Made by a program: the position numbers and the translations under genes
In this document: piece by piece, positions 51,625-62,697 of the stretch
Layout of the letters: the number at the start of each line of letters is the position of its first letter
How positions within the stretch are numbered: the first letter of the stretch is position 1
DNA from: Gammaproteobacteria bacterium
GTDB lineage: Bacteria; Pseudomonadota; Gammaproteobacteria; GCA-001735895
DNA length: 64,000 nucleotides
Assembly (NCBI GenBank): GCA_050298595.1
Contig: JBNKUM010000067.1
Span: 2,976-66,975 of the forward strand
Reading direction: 5' to 3'
Notes under the pieces: generated by a model
The model's input: the letters and a program-made list of their open reading frames with translations, nothing else
Database searches by the model: none
Told to the model about the DNA's origin: nothing

Positions 51625-53700
51625 ATGAATAGCTGGAAGTTATGCATTTTGCTCTGTGCATCCGCCTTTTCTTTATCGGCTGTGGCAGGTAGTGATGACA
51701 GGCTCGATCACTTTCTTTCCTTAAGTTTTGAAGATCTGGTGAATCTGGAAACCAGTATAGCCACAGCATCTCGTCAAACCATTTCTCGAGCACCAGCAGT
51801 TGTTTCAGTAATAACAGCAGATGATATCAAGGCAACTGGAGCGGTAAATCTGGTTGACGCTTTACGTACAGTGCCGGGTCTTCACATCAGGACAGACCCC
51901 TTTGGCAACCGCCCCCTCATCCACTTCCGTGGTTCAAAAGCGGTAAATACTTTGTTAATGGTCAACGGAAACCCAATGAAAGATCTTATGTGGGTATTTG
52001 GCATATTCTGGAAAGGATTACCCGCCAGTATAATTGATCGCATAGAGATTATCCGAGGACCTGGTTCAGCACTATTTGGTGCCGATGCAGCTGCCGGTGT
52101 TATTAATGTGATCACTAAAACAGCAGGCAAGACCGAAGGTACAGAAGCAGGCTTACGTATCGGCAGCTTTAACAGCAAAACCAGCTGGCTACAGCATGGT
52201 GGTAACCTTAATGGCTTCGATATTGGGCTCACGGCCAATATTCATGATACGGATGGATATAGTCCGTTTATCTCAAGCGACAACCAAACCCTCTATGATC
52301 AGGCGCAGACAAGCAATGTTTCGCTTGCACCATCCAATGTGCATTATGGTTGGCATGGCGAAGATCTTCGGCTCTCTATTGGCAAAGGAAACTGGCGATT
52401 ACTGGCGGATTATATGGGTCATAACGATATTCAAACCGGCATGACTGGAACTGCTGTGATCGATCCGCTTACTGTGGCCAGTGATAGCAGATATAACATT
52501 GATGTACTGTATAGCAATGATAACCTGTATGAAGACTGGTTGATCAATGCTGATTTTGGATATGAGCATTTGCAGTATGATTCCGGTGAAGGGTTTCAGG
52601 AACGGCCACCAGGCTTTGTTGATTCCAGTGGCGTTTACCCGAACGGTCTTATCAACCAGATGGAATCGGCTGAGCGTAGTCTGTCTTTTGAAGCCAGCGG
52701 TTTGTATAGTGGTTTTGAAAACCATGTACTTCGCGTCGGTGCGGGTTATTCGGTAAAAGATTTATACTCAGTCGTGCAACGGGTGAACTTTGGACTGGGA
52801 CCCGATGGCAATCAGTTGCCCGCTGGTGGACCGCTGGTTGATGTATCGGATACGCCGTACGCATTCGCCCCTGAAAAAAAACGTGAAATTGCTCATCTGT
52901 TTATTCAGGATATCTGGACTATTACTGACGACTGGGAGCTGACTGCTGGTGCGCGCTACGACGACTATTCTGATTTTGGCGATACGCTGAATCCACGTCT
53001 GGCTCTGGTATGGCAAACTACCGATAAACTAACTAGTAAGTTCATGTATGGAAAAGCATTCCGGGCGCCTTCTTTCCAGCAGCTTTTTTCTGAAACCTCT
53101 CGCGCCCTGCCTAACGACCAGCTTGATGCAGAAGAGTTTGATACGACTGAACTATCACTTTCATATGCCGCAACACAAAAACTTCAACTATCGATGAATA
53201 TGTTCCACCTTAATCAGGAAAATATTATTCAGCGTGTGGCAGTCAGCGGTCTAACCAAGAATCAATATAATAACATTGGAGATCACTGGACCAGGGGCTT
53301 CGAACTCGAAATGAAGTGGCAGACACTGCCGGATCTTAGAATGTCGGCAAACTATGCAGTTCAGCAGCAGAAAGATGATGAGTTTCGATATTTTCTGGTT
53401 CCAGAACAGTCTGCCTACCTGCGTGCTGACTGGTCATTTCACCCCAAATGGAACTGGGATTTTCAGGCAAACTGGATTGGTGAGCGGGTACGCCCATCTA
53501 CTGACACCCGCCCCTCACTTGCCGCTTATACGATTAGCGATACAACGCTTCGTTACACCGATTCAAACTCCTGGTCATTTGCCGCTTCGGTAAGAAATCT
53601 TTTTGACGAGGAGGCAAAAGAATATAGTTCGGGTTCTCTTGAGGATGACCTGCCATTACCAGAACGTAGTTTTTATGTTGAGATGCAATATAAATTTTAA
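51625..53700 (+). CDS. TonB-dependent outer-membrane receptor
   Basis: Signal peptide, TonB box / plug region (…ETSIATASRQ…VITADDI…), a 22-strand barrel-length protein ending with aromatic residues (…YVEMQYKF). Confidence 0.85.
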   Translation: MNSWKLCILLCASAFSLSAVAGSDDRLDHFLSLSFEDLVNLETSIATASRQTISRAPAVVSVITADDIKATGAVNLVDALRTVPGLHIRTDPFGNRPLIHFRGSKAVNTLLMVNGNPMKDLMWVFGIFWKGLPASIIDRIEIIRGPGSALFGADAAAGVINVITKTAGKTEGTEAGLRIGSFNSKTSWLQHGGNLNGFDIGLTANIHDTDGYSPFISSDNQTLYDQAQTSNVSLAPSNVHYGWHGEDLRLSIGKGNWRLLADYMGHNDIQTGMTGTAVIDPLTVASDSRYNIDVLYSNDNLYEDWLINADFGYEHLQYDSGEGFQERPPGFVDSSGVYPNGLINQMESAERSLSFEASGLYSGFENHVLRVGAGYSVKDLYSVVQRVNFGLGPDGNQLPAGGPLVDVSDTPYAFAPEKKREIAHLFIQDIWTITDDWELTAGARYDDYSDFGDTLNPRLALVWQTTDKLTSKFMYGKAFRAPSFQQLFSETSRALPNDQLDAEEFDTTELSLSYAATQKLQLSMNMFHLNQENIIQRVAVSGLTKNQYNNIGDHWTRGFELEMKWQTLPDLRMSANYAVQQQKDDEFRYFLVPEQSAYLRADWSFHPKWNWDFQANWIGERVRPSTDTRPSLAAYTISDTTLRYTDSNSWSFAASVRNLFDEEAKEYSSGSLEDDLPLPERSFYVEMQYKF

Positions 53701-53761
53701 GGATTGATATCATCAGGATGAAAAGACAAAAAAGAATGGCAAGGCATCTGGCCAACCGGGA

Positions 53762-54334
53762 ATGGAGTATCTGTTGAAGCCTATGATAAGGACATGGATG
53801 CTGTGGCTTCTACTATGCCTGTTGTCAGGCATGAAAAATATTGCTGTTGCTGAACAATACCCCGCTGAGGTTCATTTATTTAAAGCTGCTTACATCTACA
53901 ATTTTGGCAAACTGGTGAGTTGGCCAGAGGGAACCTGGCAATCTCAGGAAAGCCCCTTCACTCTATGTACTCTTGGTCAGGATGATGTTATCAATGCGCT
54001 AAATAAATTAGGTGGAAGGAAAATTCAAGGCCACCGTGTCACTATTCAATCGTTTAAAAATAATTTCCCTACAGGTCATTGTCAGATACTGTATATCGCT
54101 AAGAGCAGCGCCCACAACTATCCAGATAAACAGGATAAAGCCTCCCAGCAGGCACTATTAACGGTTAGTGAAATTCCTGGCTTTATAGATCAGGGTGGCA
54201 TTATCGAGCTCTATCGAGAAGATAATCGAACCCGCTTTAAGATTAATCTTGGCAAAGCTCGTGAACTGGGTCTCGAGATCAGTTCTCGATTGTTGACCCT
54301 GGCAACATCTGTTGAGGATAAAATAAAACAATGA
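53762..54334 (+). CDS. YfiR-like periplasmic protein (DUF4154)
   Basis: 190 aa with a signal peptide and a conserved …[14 protein letters not shown]… core like YfiR-family proteins; overlaps the start of the downstream kinase. Confidence 0.6.
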   Translation: MEYLLKPMIRTWMLWLLLCLLSGMKNIAVAEQYPAEVHLFKAAYIYNFGKLVSWPEGTWQSQESPFTLCTLGQDDVINALNKLGGRKIQGHRVTIQSFKNNFPTGHCQILYIAKSSAHNYPDKQDKASQQALLTVSEIPGFIDQGGIIELYREDNRTRFKINLGKARELGLEISSRLLTLATSVEDKIKQ

Positions 54335-56232
54335 TCCTCAGAAATGCCAAAATACAGCAAAAGCTGGAAGCTATCATGCTCATCACCACGGCAGCTGTAT
54401 TAGTGCCGTGTATCCTTGCATTCATGTTTCTTGAGGCCTCATCGGCACGTGATGAGGCCATCATACGTTTAGAATCTCTGGCAACTGTTTTAGCGGTCAA
54501 CAGTAGTGCCGCAATTGCTTTCAGGGATGAGAAGGCAGCATCCGAAGTTATCAACAGCCTTTCTTCTCAGGGTGATATCATCTGGTCAGGCATTCGACTG
54601 ATGAATGGGGAGCTGTTTATCGTGACTAAATCCGGAAGTTTCGAGAAAACCCGTATCCCAAATATCTGGCTTTCAATGTTCAAATCTTTACTGGGTAATA
54701 TCGAGGTAAAAAAAGCGATTGTATTCGATGGGTCCAAGCTTGGTGATTTCATCATTATTGGTGATATGAGTCGGCTGTATCATCATCTCATTCAGCAAAT
54801 ATACGTCGGCCTGGGCATGTTTGTTATCGCCATGCTAATAGCTCTGGTTCTGGCTGATCGGCTGCAACTGGTAGTTTCTGTGCCGGTAAAGAGATTGCTA
54901 GAAACCATGGAAAAAGTCATAGCAGGAAAAGGTTTTGGCTTTAGAGCTGAACGAGTCAGTAATGACGAACTTGGTATTTTGGTCGATGGGTTCAACGAGA
55001 TGCTGCAAAAGATTCAATCCTATGATGAAGAACTGAATAGTCAGCAGAAAAATCTTGAGCTGCAGGTTATAGAGAGAACCCAGCAGCTACAGGAGTCAAA
55101 GATACAGGCTGAATCAGCCAATAAGGCAAAAAGTCTTTTTCTTGCCACCATGAGTCATGAGATACGAACGCCTTTGAATGGTGTGGTGGGGATGATTCAG
55201 GTGTTACGCGAAACGGCGCTGGATAAAGAGCAGCAAAAGTATATCGAGACTCTGGATAGCTCAAGTAAGAGTCTGATGATGCTGATTGATGACCTGCTTG
55301 ATCTTTCAAAAATCGAGTCGGGGAAACTGATATTGGACATTGAACCTTTCTCAAGTAGACAGTGGATAGGCGATATTAGAAATCTGGTCAGCCCTCTTTT
55401 TGACGGTACTCAGGTCGAATTCGACATTAAAGTAAGCAATAACTTGCCGGCCTATCTGCAAGGAGATGCTGCCCGACTGCTTCAGATCGTAGTGAATCTT
55501 GTGACTAATGCGGCCAAATTTACCCGATTTGGAAGGGTGACATTAGATATAGGCGGCCAGCCAGCAAAACAGGGTTATTATGATTTGAGGCTATCCGTTG
55601 AAGATACCGGAATTGGCATACAGGAAGATAAGCTGGATCTCATCTTCAAAGCTTTTCAACAATTAGAAGTGGACCAGATCACCAATAAAGGGGTCGGCCT
55701 TGGGCTTGCGATATGCAAGAGGTTGGCAGATATCATGCAAGGAAGCCTGCGCGTTACCTCTCAACCTGAAGAGGGAAGTTGCTTTACCTTAGAGGTGACT
55801 CTGGCTGAAGCTGAAGTAGGCAGTGATAGCGTCAATAGTGACAATATGCTGGTCATAAACCGGAACCTTTCGGTTCTATTGGTTGATGATGACAATATAA
55901 ATCGTTTTGTTGCACGGTCATTACTGGAAAATGTCGGAATAAAAATCACTGAAGCTCAGAATGGTCAAATTGCCTATGACAAAGTCAAACAGCAGGCATT
56001 TGACCTGATTTTAATGGATATTCAAATGCCTGTAGTGGATGGCATAACAGCGACAAAAATGATTCGAGAATCCGAGGGTGAGGCTCATCGAGTTCCTATC
56101 ATCGGTATAAGTGCCAGCGTCATGAGTGATGAAAAAATTCGCTATCTTGATTCGGGTATGGATGCTGTAGTTGAGAAACCATTGGTGGTCGAGAAGCTGT
56201 TTAAAACTATTCAATCCCTGCTGTATAAGTAG
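54331..56232 (+). CDS. Hybrid sensor histidine kinase / response regulator with a small periplasmic sensor domain and HAMP
   Basis: Order: TM, periplasmic region of about 130 aa, TM, HAMP, HisKA ([17 protein letters not shown]), HATPase, REC (…[10 protein letters not shown]…). Confidence 0.85.
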   Translation: MILRNAKIQQKLEAIMLITTAAVLVPCILAFMFLEASSARDEAIIRLESLATVLAVNSSAAIAFRDEKAASEVINSLSSQGDIIWSGIRLMNGELFIVTKSGSFEKTRIPNIWLSMFKSLLGNIEVKKAIVFDGSKLGDFIIIGDMSRLYHHLIQQIYVGLGMFVIAMLIALVLADRLQLVVSVPVKRLLETMEKVIAGKGFGFRAERVSNDELGILVDGFNEMLQKIQSYDEELNSQQKNLELQVIERTQQLQESKIQAESANKAKSLFLATMSHEIRTPLNGVVGMIQVLRETALDKEQQKYIETLDSSSKSLMMLIDDLLDLSKIESGKLILDIEPFSSRQWIGDIRNLVSPLFDGTQVEFDIKVSNNLPAYLQGDAARLLQIVVNLVTNAAKFTRFGRVTLDIGGQPAKQGYYDLRLSVEDTGIGIQEDKLDLIFKAFQQLEVDQITNKGVGLGLAICKRLADIMQGSLRVTSQPEEGSCFTLEVTLAEAEVGSDSVNSDNMLVINRNLSVLLVDDDNINRFVARSLLENVGIKITEAQNGQIAYDKVKQQAFDLILMDIQMPVVDGITATKMIRESEGEAHRVPIIGISASVMSDEKIRYLDSGMDAVVEKPLVVEKLFKTIQSLLYK

Positions 56233-56283
56233 TCGTCCCTGAAAAAGTTTTCAGGGCGCGTTCCATAGTGTTGTGAATAACTA

Positions 56284-56412
<129 letters not shown>

Positions 56413-56537
56413 TCAGTTAGAAAAAGAGCAAACAGATAACTTGTTGAAAAATAGGTAAAAATCAATGCGATTGCCTGCAAATTCTGTTCACTCATTGGGC
56501 AACCTGATAAAGCTATAAGCATTTGTGAAAAATACAT

Positions 56538-56585
56538 GTCCAACTGCGGAATCCAGGATTATTTTGCCAATCCTCGAATTGTCCG
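56538..56585. repeat. Palindromic REP-like unit (caactgcggaatccagg … cgaattgtcc), same family as the units flanking repeat copy A and the hairpin at 62652-62680
   Basis: gtccaactgcggaatccaggatt matches the reverse complement of 6853-6882 and 7072-7087. Confidence 0.5.
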
Positions 56586-56745
56586 TAGAGAGCTATACGG
56601 AATAGCTACTTATCGCTGCTTTACCAAAAAGTAATTGCTGAGTTTAATTGACGCAATATGCATATATCTTAAATAATTAATGCGACATGATATTTAATAA
56701 GCTACAGTACGCAATATAAACAACAATTACACATATGTCGACATC

Positions 56746-58236
56746 ATGAAAGATACGAATCTACCTCCATCTGTCCTCCACAATCGGCTCGATAGCCATG
56801 GCAAAGCTATAGCCTGGGACACTCAGTCATTTCATGACGCACTGATCGCTGCTGGTGCCAACCACTCGTTGCGGACTTCGGAAAGAGAGCTGGAGAATCT
56901 ACTCCCTGCTGCCGTATCGGTGGACAATCTGATCGATGAGACAGGTCGTCAAGCTCTGAAGCTGGTCGTCAGGCAACTGCTGGATGATGTTAAACGCAAG
57001 CGCCACCAGTCCTTGATCCTGCAGCTTGTTGCCTTGCCTGAATCCGGATATCTGTTGCTGGCAAACGATGGTCGTTCTGGCAGGAGATGGATTTTTATTA
57101 ATGAGCTGGATCATCAGACGCTGATAGATGCACTGGACTTATTGGCCGCCGGAAAAACTACATTGTTCTGGCCACATGGCGAGGTGACAAAATATTGCAG
57201 AGATCTGGTGCGGGTACAGGGCAGCATCAAACTCGATTTAGCATCAGGAACTGCTGCATCTCTGGCTACCGTAATATACCGTGAGCCCCTTACGCTACAG
57301 ACCCAGACTCGCCAGAGTGCCGAGTTGATCGAGAAGGCACAACTCTCGCACCTGGACAGGTTAGAGGCCGAGAGCATCTATATCATCCGGGAGGTTGTTG
57401 CCCAGGCGGAAAACCCTGTCATGCTCTACTCAATCGGCAAAGACTCATCTGTGATGTTGCATCTGGCCAAAAAGGCGTTCTACCCCAGCCCGCCTCCATT
57501 CCCGTTGATGCATGTAGATACGCGCTGGAAATTCACCGCTATGTATGACTTTCGGGATCGCATGGCAGAAGAAGTAGGTATGGATCTGATTGTTCACACC
57601 AATCCTGAAGGCATAGAAAAAAATATCAACCCCTACGACCATGGCAGTGCGCTACACACCGACGTGATGAAAACTCAGGGCCTGAAACAGGCACTGGACA
57701 AATACAAATTTGATGCTGCCCTTGGTGGGGCCAGAAGAGACGAGGAAAAAAGCAGAGCGAAGGAAAGGGTCTTCTCGTTCAGATCCACAGCCCATCGCTG
57801 GGACCCGAAGAACCAGAGGCCAGAGCTGTGGAATCTATACAACGGGTACAAGAAAAAGGATGAAAGCATCCGCGTGTTTCCTTTGTCCAACTGGACAGAG
57901 CTGGATATCTGGCAATACATATATCGAGAGAGCATACCCATCGTTCCTCTTTATTTCGCGGCAGAACGGCCAGTTGTTATGCAGGATGGCATGCTGGTGC
58001 TGGTGGACGATGACAGAATGCACCTGTTTGAAGATGACAAGATTGAAATCCGCAAGGTACGTTTCCGTACACTGGGTTGCTATCCGCTGACCGGTGCCGT
58101 CGAATCAGAGGCGGACAATCTCTCCTCTATCGTTCTTGAACTGCTACAGAGCAGAACCAGCGAACGAGAGGGTCGAGCCATAGATAGTGATTCATCTGCA
58201 TCCATGGAAAAGAAAAAACAGGAGGGCTACTTCTGA
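56746..58236 (+). CDS. cysD: Sulfate adenylyltransferase subunit 2 (CysD) carrying an in-frame N-terminal extension of about 190 aa of unknown function
   Basis: The C-terminal 300 aa or so are near-collinear with E. coli CysD (LEAESI.IIREV…[24 protein letters not shown]…HVDT.WKF…[14 protein letters not shown]…RTLGC.PLTGA…). The open frame continues about 575 bp upstream with no stop; the first ATG is at 56746. Confidence 0.8.
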   Translation: MKDTNLPPSVLHNRLDSHGKAIAWDTQSFHDALIAAGANHSLRTSERELENLLPAAVSVDNLIDETGRQALKLVVRQLLDDVKRKRHQSLILQLVALPESGYLLLANDGRSGRRWIFINELDHQTLIDALDLLAAGKTTLFWPHGEVTKYCRDLVRVQGSIKLDLASGTAASLATVIYREPLTLQTQTRQSAELIEKAQLSHLDRLEAESIYIIREVVAQAENPVMLYSIGKDSSVMLHLAKKAFYPSPPPFPLMHVDTRWKFTAMYDFRDRMAEEVGMDLIVHTNPEGIEKNINPYDHGSALHTDVMKTQGLKQALDKYKFDAALGGARRDEEKSRAKERVFSFRSTAHRWDPKNQRPELWNLYNGYKKKDESIRVFPLSNWTELDIWQYIYRESIPIVPLYFAAERPVVMQDGMLVLVDDDRMHLFEDDKIEIRKVRFRTLGCYPLTGAVESEADNLSSIVLELLQSRTSEREGRAIDSDSSASMEKKKQEGYF

Positions 58237-60104
58237 TGAACGAGCTTATTAAACAGGTCGATGACTACATAGAAACTCAGTCAAAACTTGACCTTCTCAG
58301 ATTCATCACTTGCGGTAGCGTGGATGACGGCAAGAGCACACTTATCGGCAGGATGCTGTATGATGCTCAGTTACTCTTTGAAGATCAGGTTAGCGCTCTT
58401 CAGAGCGATTCCAGAAAGATGGGAACCCAGGGGGGCGATATAGACTTCGCGTTGCTGGTCGATGGACTGGGAGCCGAACGGGAACAGGGAATTACCATTG
58501 ATGTAGCCTACCGCTACTTCAATACCGACAGACGAAAGTTTATCGTGGCGGATACACCGGGGTACGAACAGTACACCCGTAACATGGTAACCGGGGCCTC
58601 TACTGCAGACGTCGCTGTGATACTTGTGGATGCATCGCAGGGGATTCTTAGTCAGACCCGCAGGCACTCATTCATCGCTTCGCTGCTGGGTATCAAGCAT
58701 GTGGTCCTTGCGATCAACAAAATGGATATAGTCGACTATAAAGAAACGATATTCGATCAAATCCATGAAGCCTACCTGAATTTTGCCGAGCTACTGAACT
58801 TTGAGGCTATCACAGCCATTCCGCTATCGGCACTGAAGGGCGACAACGTTATTCAGCGCTCCAAAATGACAGACTGGTATCACGGCCCAACCTTGCTGGG
58901 TTTCCTGGAAACCGTTGATGTTCGAAAATCCCAGCTAGACTATCCATTCCGCTACCCGGTTCAGTGGGTTAATCGTCCAAATTCTGAATTCCGTGGTTTT
59001 TCTGGTACTGTCGTCGCTGGCAGTATTGCGCGCGGCGAAGCAGTCAGAGTGCTGCCTTCTGGAGAAGTCGCCAATGTGAAGGAAATCGTACTGTATCAGG
59101 ATCAGCTCAGCCGCTGTGTTGCTGATCAGTCCGTTACCATTACCCTGGACAGGGAGATCGATATTTCACGCGGAGACATACTCGTTACCGCTGATGACCC
59201 CTGTGAAGTATCCGACCAGTTTGAGGTTACCCTCGTCTGGATGGATCAGGAAGAAGGTTTTGCCGGTCGCTCCTACCTGATGAAAATTGGCACCCAGCTG
59301 GTTAATGCCACAATCACAGACATCAAATACAAGTACGACATCAATACACACGACCGGCTCTCCTCCAAGACATTGCACCTCAATGAAATTGGTCGCGCCA
59401 CCATAAGTCTCGACAAAGCAGTACCTTTTGAGGCCTACGAAAAATGCAGGCAAATGGGAGCCTTCGTACTAATTGACCGCTACCGTTTCGCCACGGTATC
59501 AGCCGGGATGATTTCTTTCGCCCTGCGTCGCGCGAGTAATGTACACACCCAGGCCCTCACTGTTGACAGAGCAGCACGGGAACGGCTGAATAATCACAGC
59601 GGCAAGGTCATCTGGTTTACAGGGCTGAGCGGATCAGGAAAGTCGACGCTGGCTAACGCCATGGAACAACAGCTGTACAAACGGGGTATTCGCACCTACA
59701 TACTGGATGGTGACAATGTCCGACAGGGACTCAACAAGGATCTAGGCTTTACCGATGCAGACAGAGTCGAAAATATCCGGCGCATTGCCGAGGTGGCCAA
59801 ACTCATGGTTGATGCTGGTCTGGTGGTGATGACCGCCTTCATTTCTCCATTCCGTTCAGAGCGCGACATGGCGCGCTCTCTGTTCGGCGAAGGTGAGTTT
59901 ATAGAGGTGTTTGTCGATACGCCACTGGCGATAGCTGAGGAGCGAGATCCGAAAGGACTGTACAGGAAAGCTCGTCGTGGAGAACTACCCCACTTTACCG
60001 GCATAGACAGCCCTTACGAAGCACCGGAAGCGCCCGAACTTGATTTGAATACAGGAAGCTTATCGATTGACGAATGTGTCGAGAAGTTGCTGAAATTATT
60101 CTGA
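58236..60104 (+). CDS. cysNC: Bifunctional sulfate adenylyltransferase subunit 1 / adenylylsulfate kinase (CysN-CysC fusion, NodQ-type)
   Basis: N-terminal translational-GTPase domain ([13 protein letters not shown]…DTPGYEQY…NKMD), then a C-terminal APS kinase with P-loop ([11 protein letters not shown]); start overlaps the cysD stop (CTGATG). Confidence 0.9.
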   Translation: MNELIKQVDDYIETQSKLDLLRFITCGSVDDGKSTLIGRMLYDAQLLFEDQVSALQSDSRKMGTQGGDIDFALLVDGLGAEREQGITIDVAYRYFNTDRRKFIVADTPGYEQYTRNMVTGASTADVAVILVDASQGILSQTRRHSFIASLLGIKHVVLAINKMDIVDYKETIFDQIHEAYLNFAELLNFEAITAIPLSALKGDNVIQRSKMTDWYHGPTLLGFLETVDVRKSQLDYPFRYPVQWVNRPNSEFRGFSGTVVAGSIARGEAVRVLPSGEVANVKEIVLYQDQLSRCVADQSVTITLDREIDISRGDILVTADDPCEVSDQFEVTLVWMDQEEGFAGRSYLMKIGTQLVNATITDIKYKYDINTHDRLSSKTLHLNEIGRATISLDKAVPFEAYEKCRQMGAFVLIDRYRFATVSAGMISFALRRASNVHTQALTVDRAARERLNNHSGKVIWFTGLSGSGKSTLANAMEQQLYKRGIRTYILDGDNVRQGLNKDLGFTDADRVENIRRIAEVAKLMVDAGLVVMTAFISPFRSERDMARSLFGEGEFIEVFVDTPLAIAEERDPKGLYRKARRGELPHFTGIDSPYEAPEAPELDLNTGSLSIDECVEKLLKLF

Positions 60105-60109
60105 TGAAT

Positions 60110-60640
60110 AAGTCCTACTACAGAGAAACGCATCTCTAAAGCATGGCAAAAGTACTGTCCTGGTGGGTGACGGCAACGCTCACCAGGGGCCTCATTGCGT
60201 TCTTTATAACCAGTGATTTTATACGGCTCTGACCATCCAGTGATCATGGCAAAGGATACCCTTGAAATGAGGCAGGATGCCGGTTTCATCGGCCTGAGCC
60301 AGTTTGTCTTTAGTCAACTGTTCAAATTGGAATAAACTCGACGATATAGGGATCATCCGTCTTTTTCAGCATCTTGCCCATATACCCTGTTTGAGCTCCT
60401 GAGGGTTTGTCTGATTTCTTGTGTGAGGTCTTTAAACGATTTGGATCACTCGACGGTGGCTTGCTGCTGTTTTTACTGGTCAGTGTTGTGCGGTTTATCA
60501 GCACAGAAACTAACAGCAGCAGAACCTTTAAAGCGGCTCGAACAGAAGATGACAGTCCAAGTTCCTGGTCAATCAGTTGCCGGGCATTATGGAGAGTCTT
60601 TTCAACCTCAATCGAATCTATTTTCAATGGATACACCCGT
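60110..60640 (-). pseudogene. Degraded IS66-family transposase remnant
   Basis: The minus-strand frame encodes …KNSSKPPSSDPN…KSDKPSGAQTGYMG… (the characteristic IS66 TnpC N-terminal motif). After the stop, a second frame reads …LPHFKGILCHDHW… (DDE-region-like). Multiple frame breaks and far too short for an intact gene. Confidence 0.55.
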
Positions 60641-61154
60641 CCCTTTCAGTACAGGGGTATTCTCGTATGACTTTTCAGGGGCGACTTTTTCTCTTTGTAT
60701 AGCTCTGTGCGCCGTTAAAAAAATGAATTCATGAATGGGGTCACTGTCATGCTGTTAAAGCAATTAAACATTATCAGGTACGACCTGAGTACGCTTTATT
60801 ATACGATTGATAATTCTTGTGAAATTTTCAAAAAACCTATGAAATCCACCCAAGCTTTTTTTATGATTAATTTACGGTGAGTAGTTACACTTAAATTTTA
60901 AATAAGTGTTATAAATCTGTGCATAAATATGGGGCAGAGAGCATTATTCTCTAATGCTGGAATCAATGGCTCTATGCTCCGGACTTTAGCAGTAATCTTT
61001 CACCAGCTCTGAATAATATTAAGCGCGCTCGGTTAGAACTTGATTTTGTCCATGTTTCTATATAAATACACTGTATTGAGTATTTGTATAGAAAGAATTT
61101 GATTATTGAGTAGTATCGTGGCCACAATGTTCCTATTCACTAAGATCTTAAGCT

Positions 61155-62648
61155 ATGGCAAATAAAAATATAGACGTCCTTTTAGTCGGTGCGGGAGCAA
61201 TGAGCGCGACTTTAGGCTCTATGCTCAACCAGCTCGATCAAAACCTTACTATCACCATGGTAGAAAAGCTCGATAAGCCATTACAGGAAAGTAGCGATGG
61301 CTGGAATAATGCAGGCACTGGACATGCCGCTTATTGCGAACTCAACTACACGCCAGAGAAAGAGGACGGAAGTATCGACGTCCATAGAGCCTATGGTATC
61401 AATGCGCGCTACGAAGTAAGCCTGCAATACTGGTCACATCTGGTTAAGAGTGGAGCACTACCATCGCCAGAAAAGTTCATTAACCCTGTCCCGCATATTA
61501 GTTTTGTATGGGGTGAGGCAAACGTAGAGTTTTTACGTAAACGTCATCAGTTATTAATTGAACACCCGATGTTTGAACAAATGGAGTTTACCGAAGACCA
61601 CGAAGTTTTAAAGCAGTGGCTCCCTTTAATGATGAAAAACAGAGATCCTGCGCAAAAGCTCGCTGCTACCAGGGTTTCTTATGGAACCGATGTGAATTTT
61701 GCTGCCGTAAGTAGAGGCATGATTAATCACCTGAAAACTCAGGATAGCTTCAACCTACTACTTAACAGCTCGGTTGAAGATTTAGTACAAAACCCTGACT
61801 CAAGCTGGCAAGCCACTATAAAGAATATTCAGACTGGAGAGACTGAAAAAATTAACGCAAAATTTGTATTTATAGGAGCTGGTGGGGCAGCACTTCCTCT
61901 ATTGCAAAAATCAGGGATTGAGAATATTAATGGTTATGCCGGTTTTCCGGTGAGTGGTCAGTGGCTGGTGTGCAAAAATCCGGATATTGTTAATCAGCAC
62001 ATGGCGAAGGCGTATGGTAAAGCACCGTTAAACGGGCCACCGATGTCTGTACCCCATCTGGACACGCGAATAATCGACGGTGAAAAAGCCTTATTATTTG
62101 GCCCTTTTGCCGGGTTCACTACCAAATTTTTAATCCATGGTTCTATTTTTGATTTATTTAAATCTATTCGTTTAGACAACCTCTGGCCGTTATTAAATGT
62201 TGGCTTAAGAAACTTTGCCCTGATTAAATACCTGATCACTGAAGTCCTGCAAACACATAAGTCGCGCATGGTTGCTTTACGAGATTTCTATCCTGATGCC
62301 AAAAGTTCTGACTGGAAGCTGGCTAAAGCTGGCCAACGCGTTCAAATCATCAAAAAATGTCCCGAAAAGGGTGGCAAATTAGAGTTTGGAACAGAGGTTG
62401 TACACTCGAATGATGGCACATTAGCAGGCTTACTGGGCGCATCTCCTGGCGCATCATTACTGGTACCAATTATTTTAGAAGTTATTGAAGATTGTTTTAG
62501 CGAAAAGCTGGCGACACCGGAATGGCATAAAAAGATTAGACAAATTATCCCATCCTATGGAATATCCATCGTTTCCCATAAGGATTTATTTATGTCGATT
62601 CGTGAAGACACTTTATCTACGCTAAAATTAAACAGGAATTTAAATTGA
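61155..62648 (+). CDS. mqo: Malate:quinone oxidoreductase
   Basis: 497 aa; N-terminal FAD-binding motif (DVLLVGAGAMSATLG) and family-wide conservation (…WNNAGTGHAA.CELNYTP…). Confidence 0.88.
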   Translation: MANKNIDVLLVGAGAMSATLGSMLNQLDQNLTITMVEKLDKPLQESSDGWNNAGTGHAAYCELNYTPEKEDGSIDVHRAYGINARYEVSLQYWSHLVKSGALPSPEKFINPVPHISFVWGEANVEFLRKRHQLLIEHPMFEQMEFTEDHEVLKQWLPLMMKNRDPAQKLAATRVSYGTDVNFAAVSRGMINHLKTQDSFNLLLNSSVEDLVQNPDSSWQATIKNIQTGETEKINAKFVFIGAGGAALPLLQKSGIENINGYAGFPVSGQWLVCKNPDIVNQHMAKAYGKAPLNGPPMSVPHLDTRIIDGEKALLFGPFAGFTTKFLIHGSIFDLFKSIRLDNLWPLLNVGLRNFALIKYLITEVLQTHKSRMVALRDFYPDAKSSDWKLAKAGQRVQIIKKCPEKGGKLEFGTEVVHSNDGTLAGLLGASPGASLLVPIILEVIEDCFSEKLATPEWHKKIRQIIPSYGISIVSHKDLFMSIREDTLSTLKLNRNLN

Positions 62649-62651
62649 ACC

Positions 62652-62680
62652 TGAATCCGCAGTGGCTCAACTGCGGATCC
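62652..62680. terminator. Bidirectional hairpin between the convergent mqo and prpF genes (REP-like)
   Basis: tgaatccgcagt-ggctca-actgcggatcc forms an 11-bp stem immediately after the mqo stop and 18 nt from the prpF stop. Confidence 0.55.
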
Positions 62681-62697
62681 AGCTTGAAAGAAGTTTC

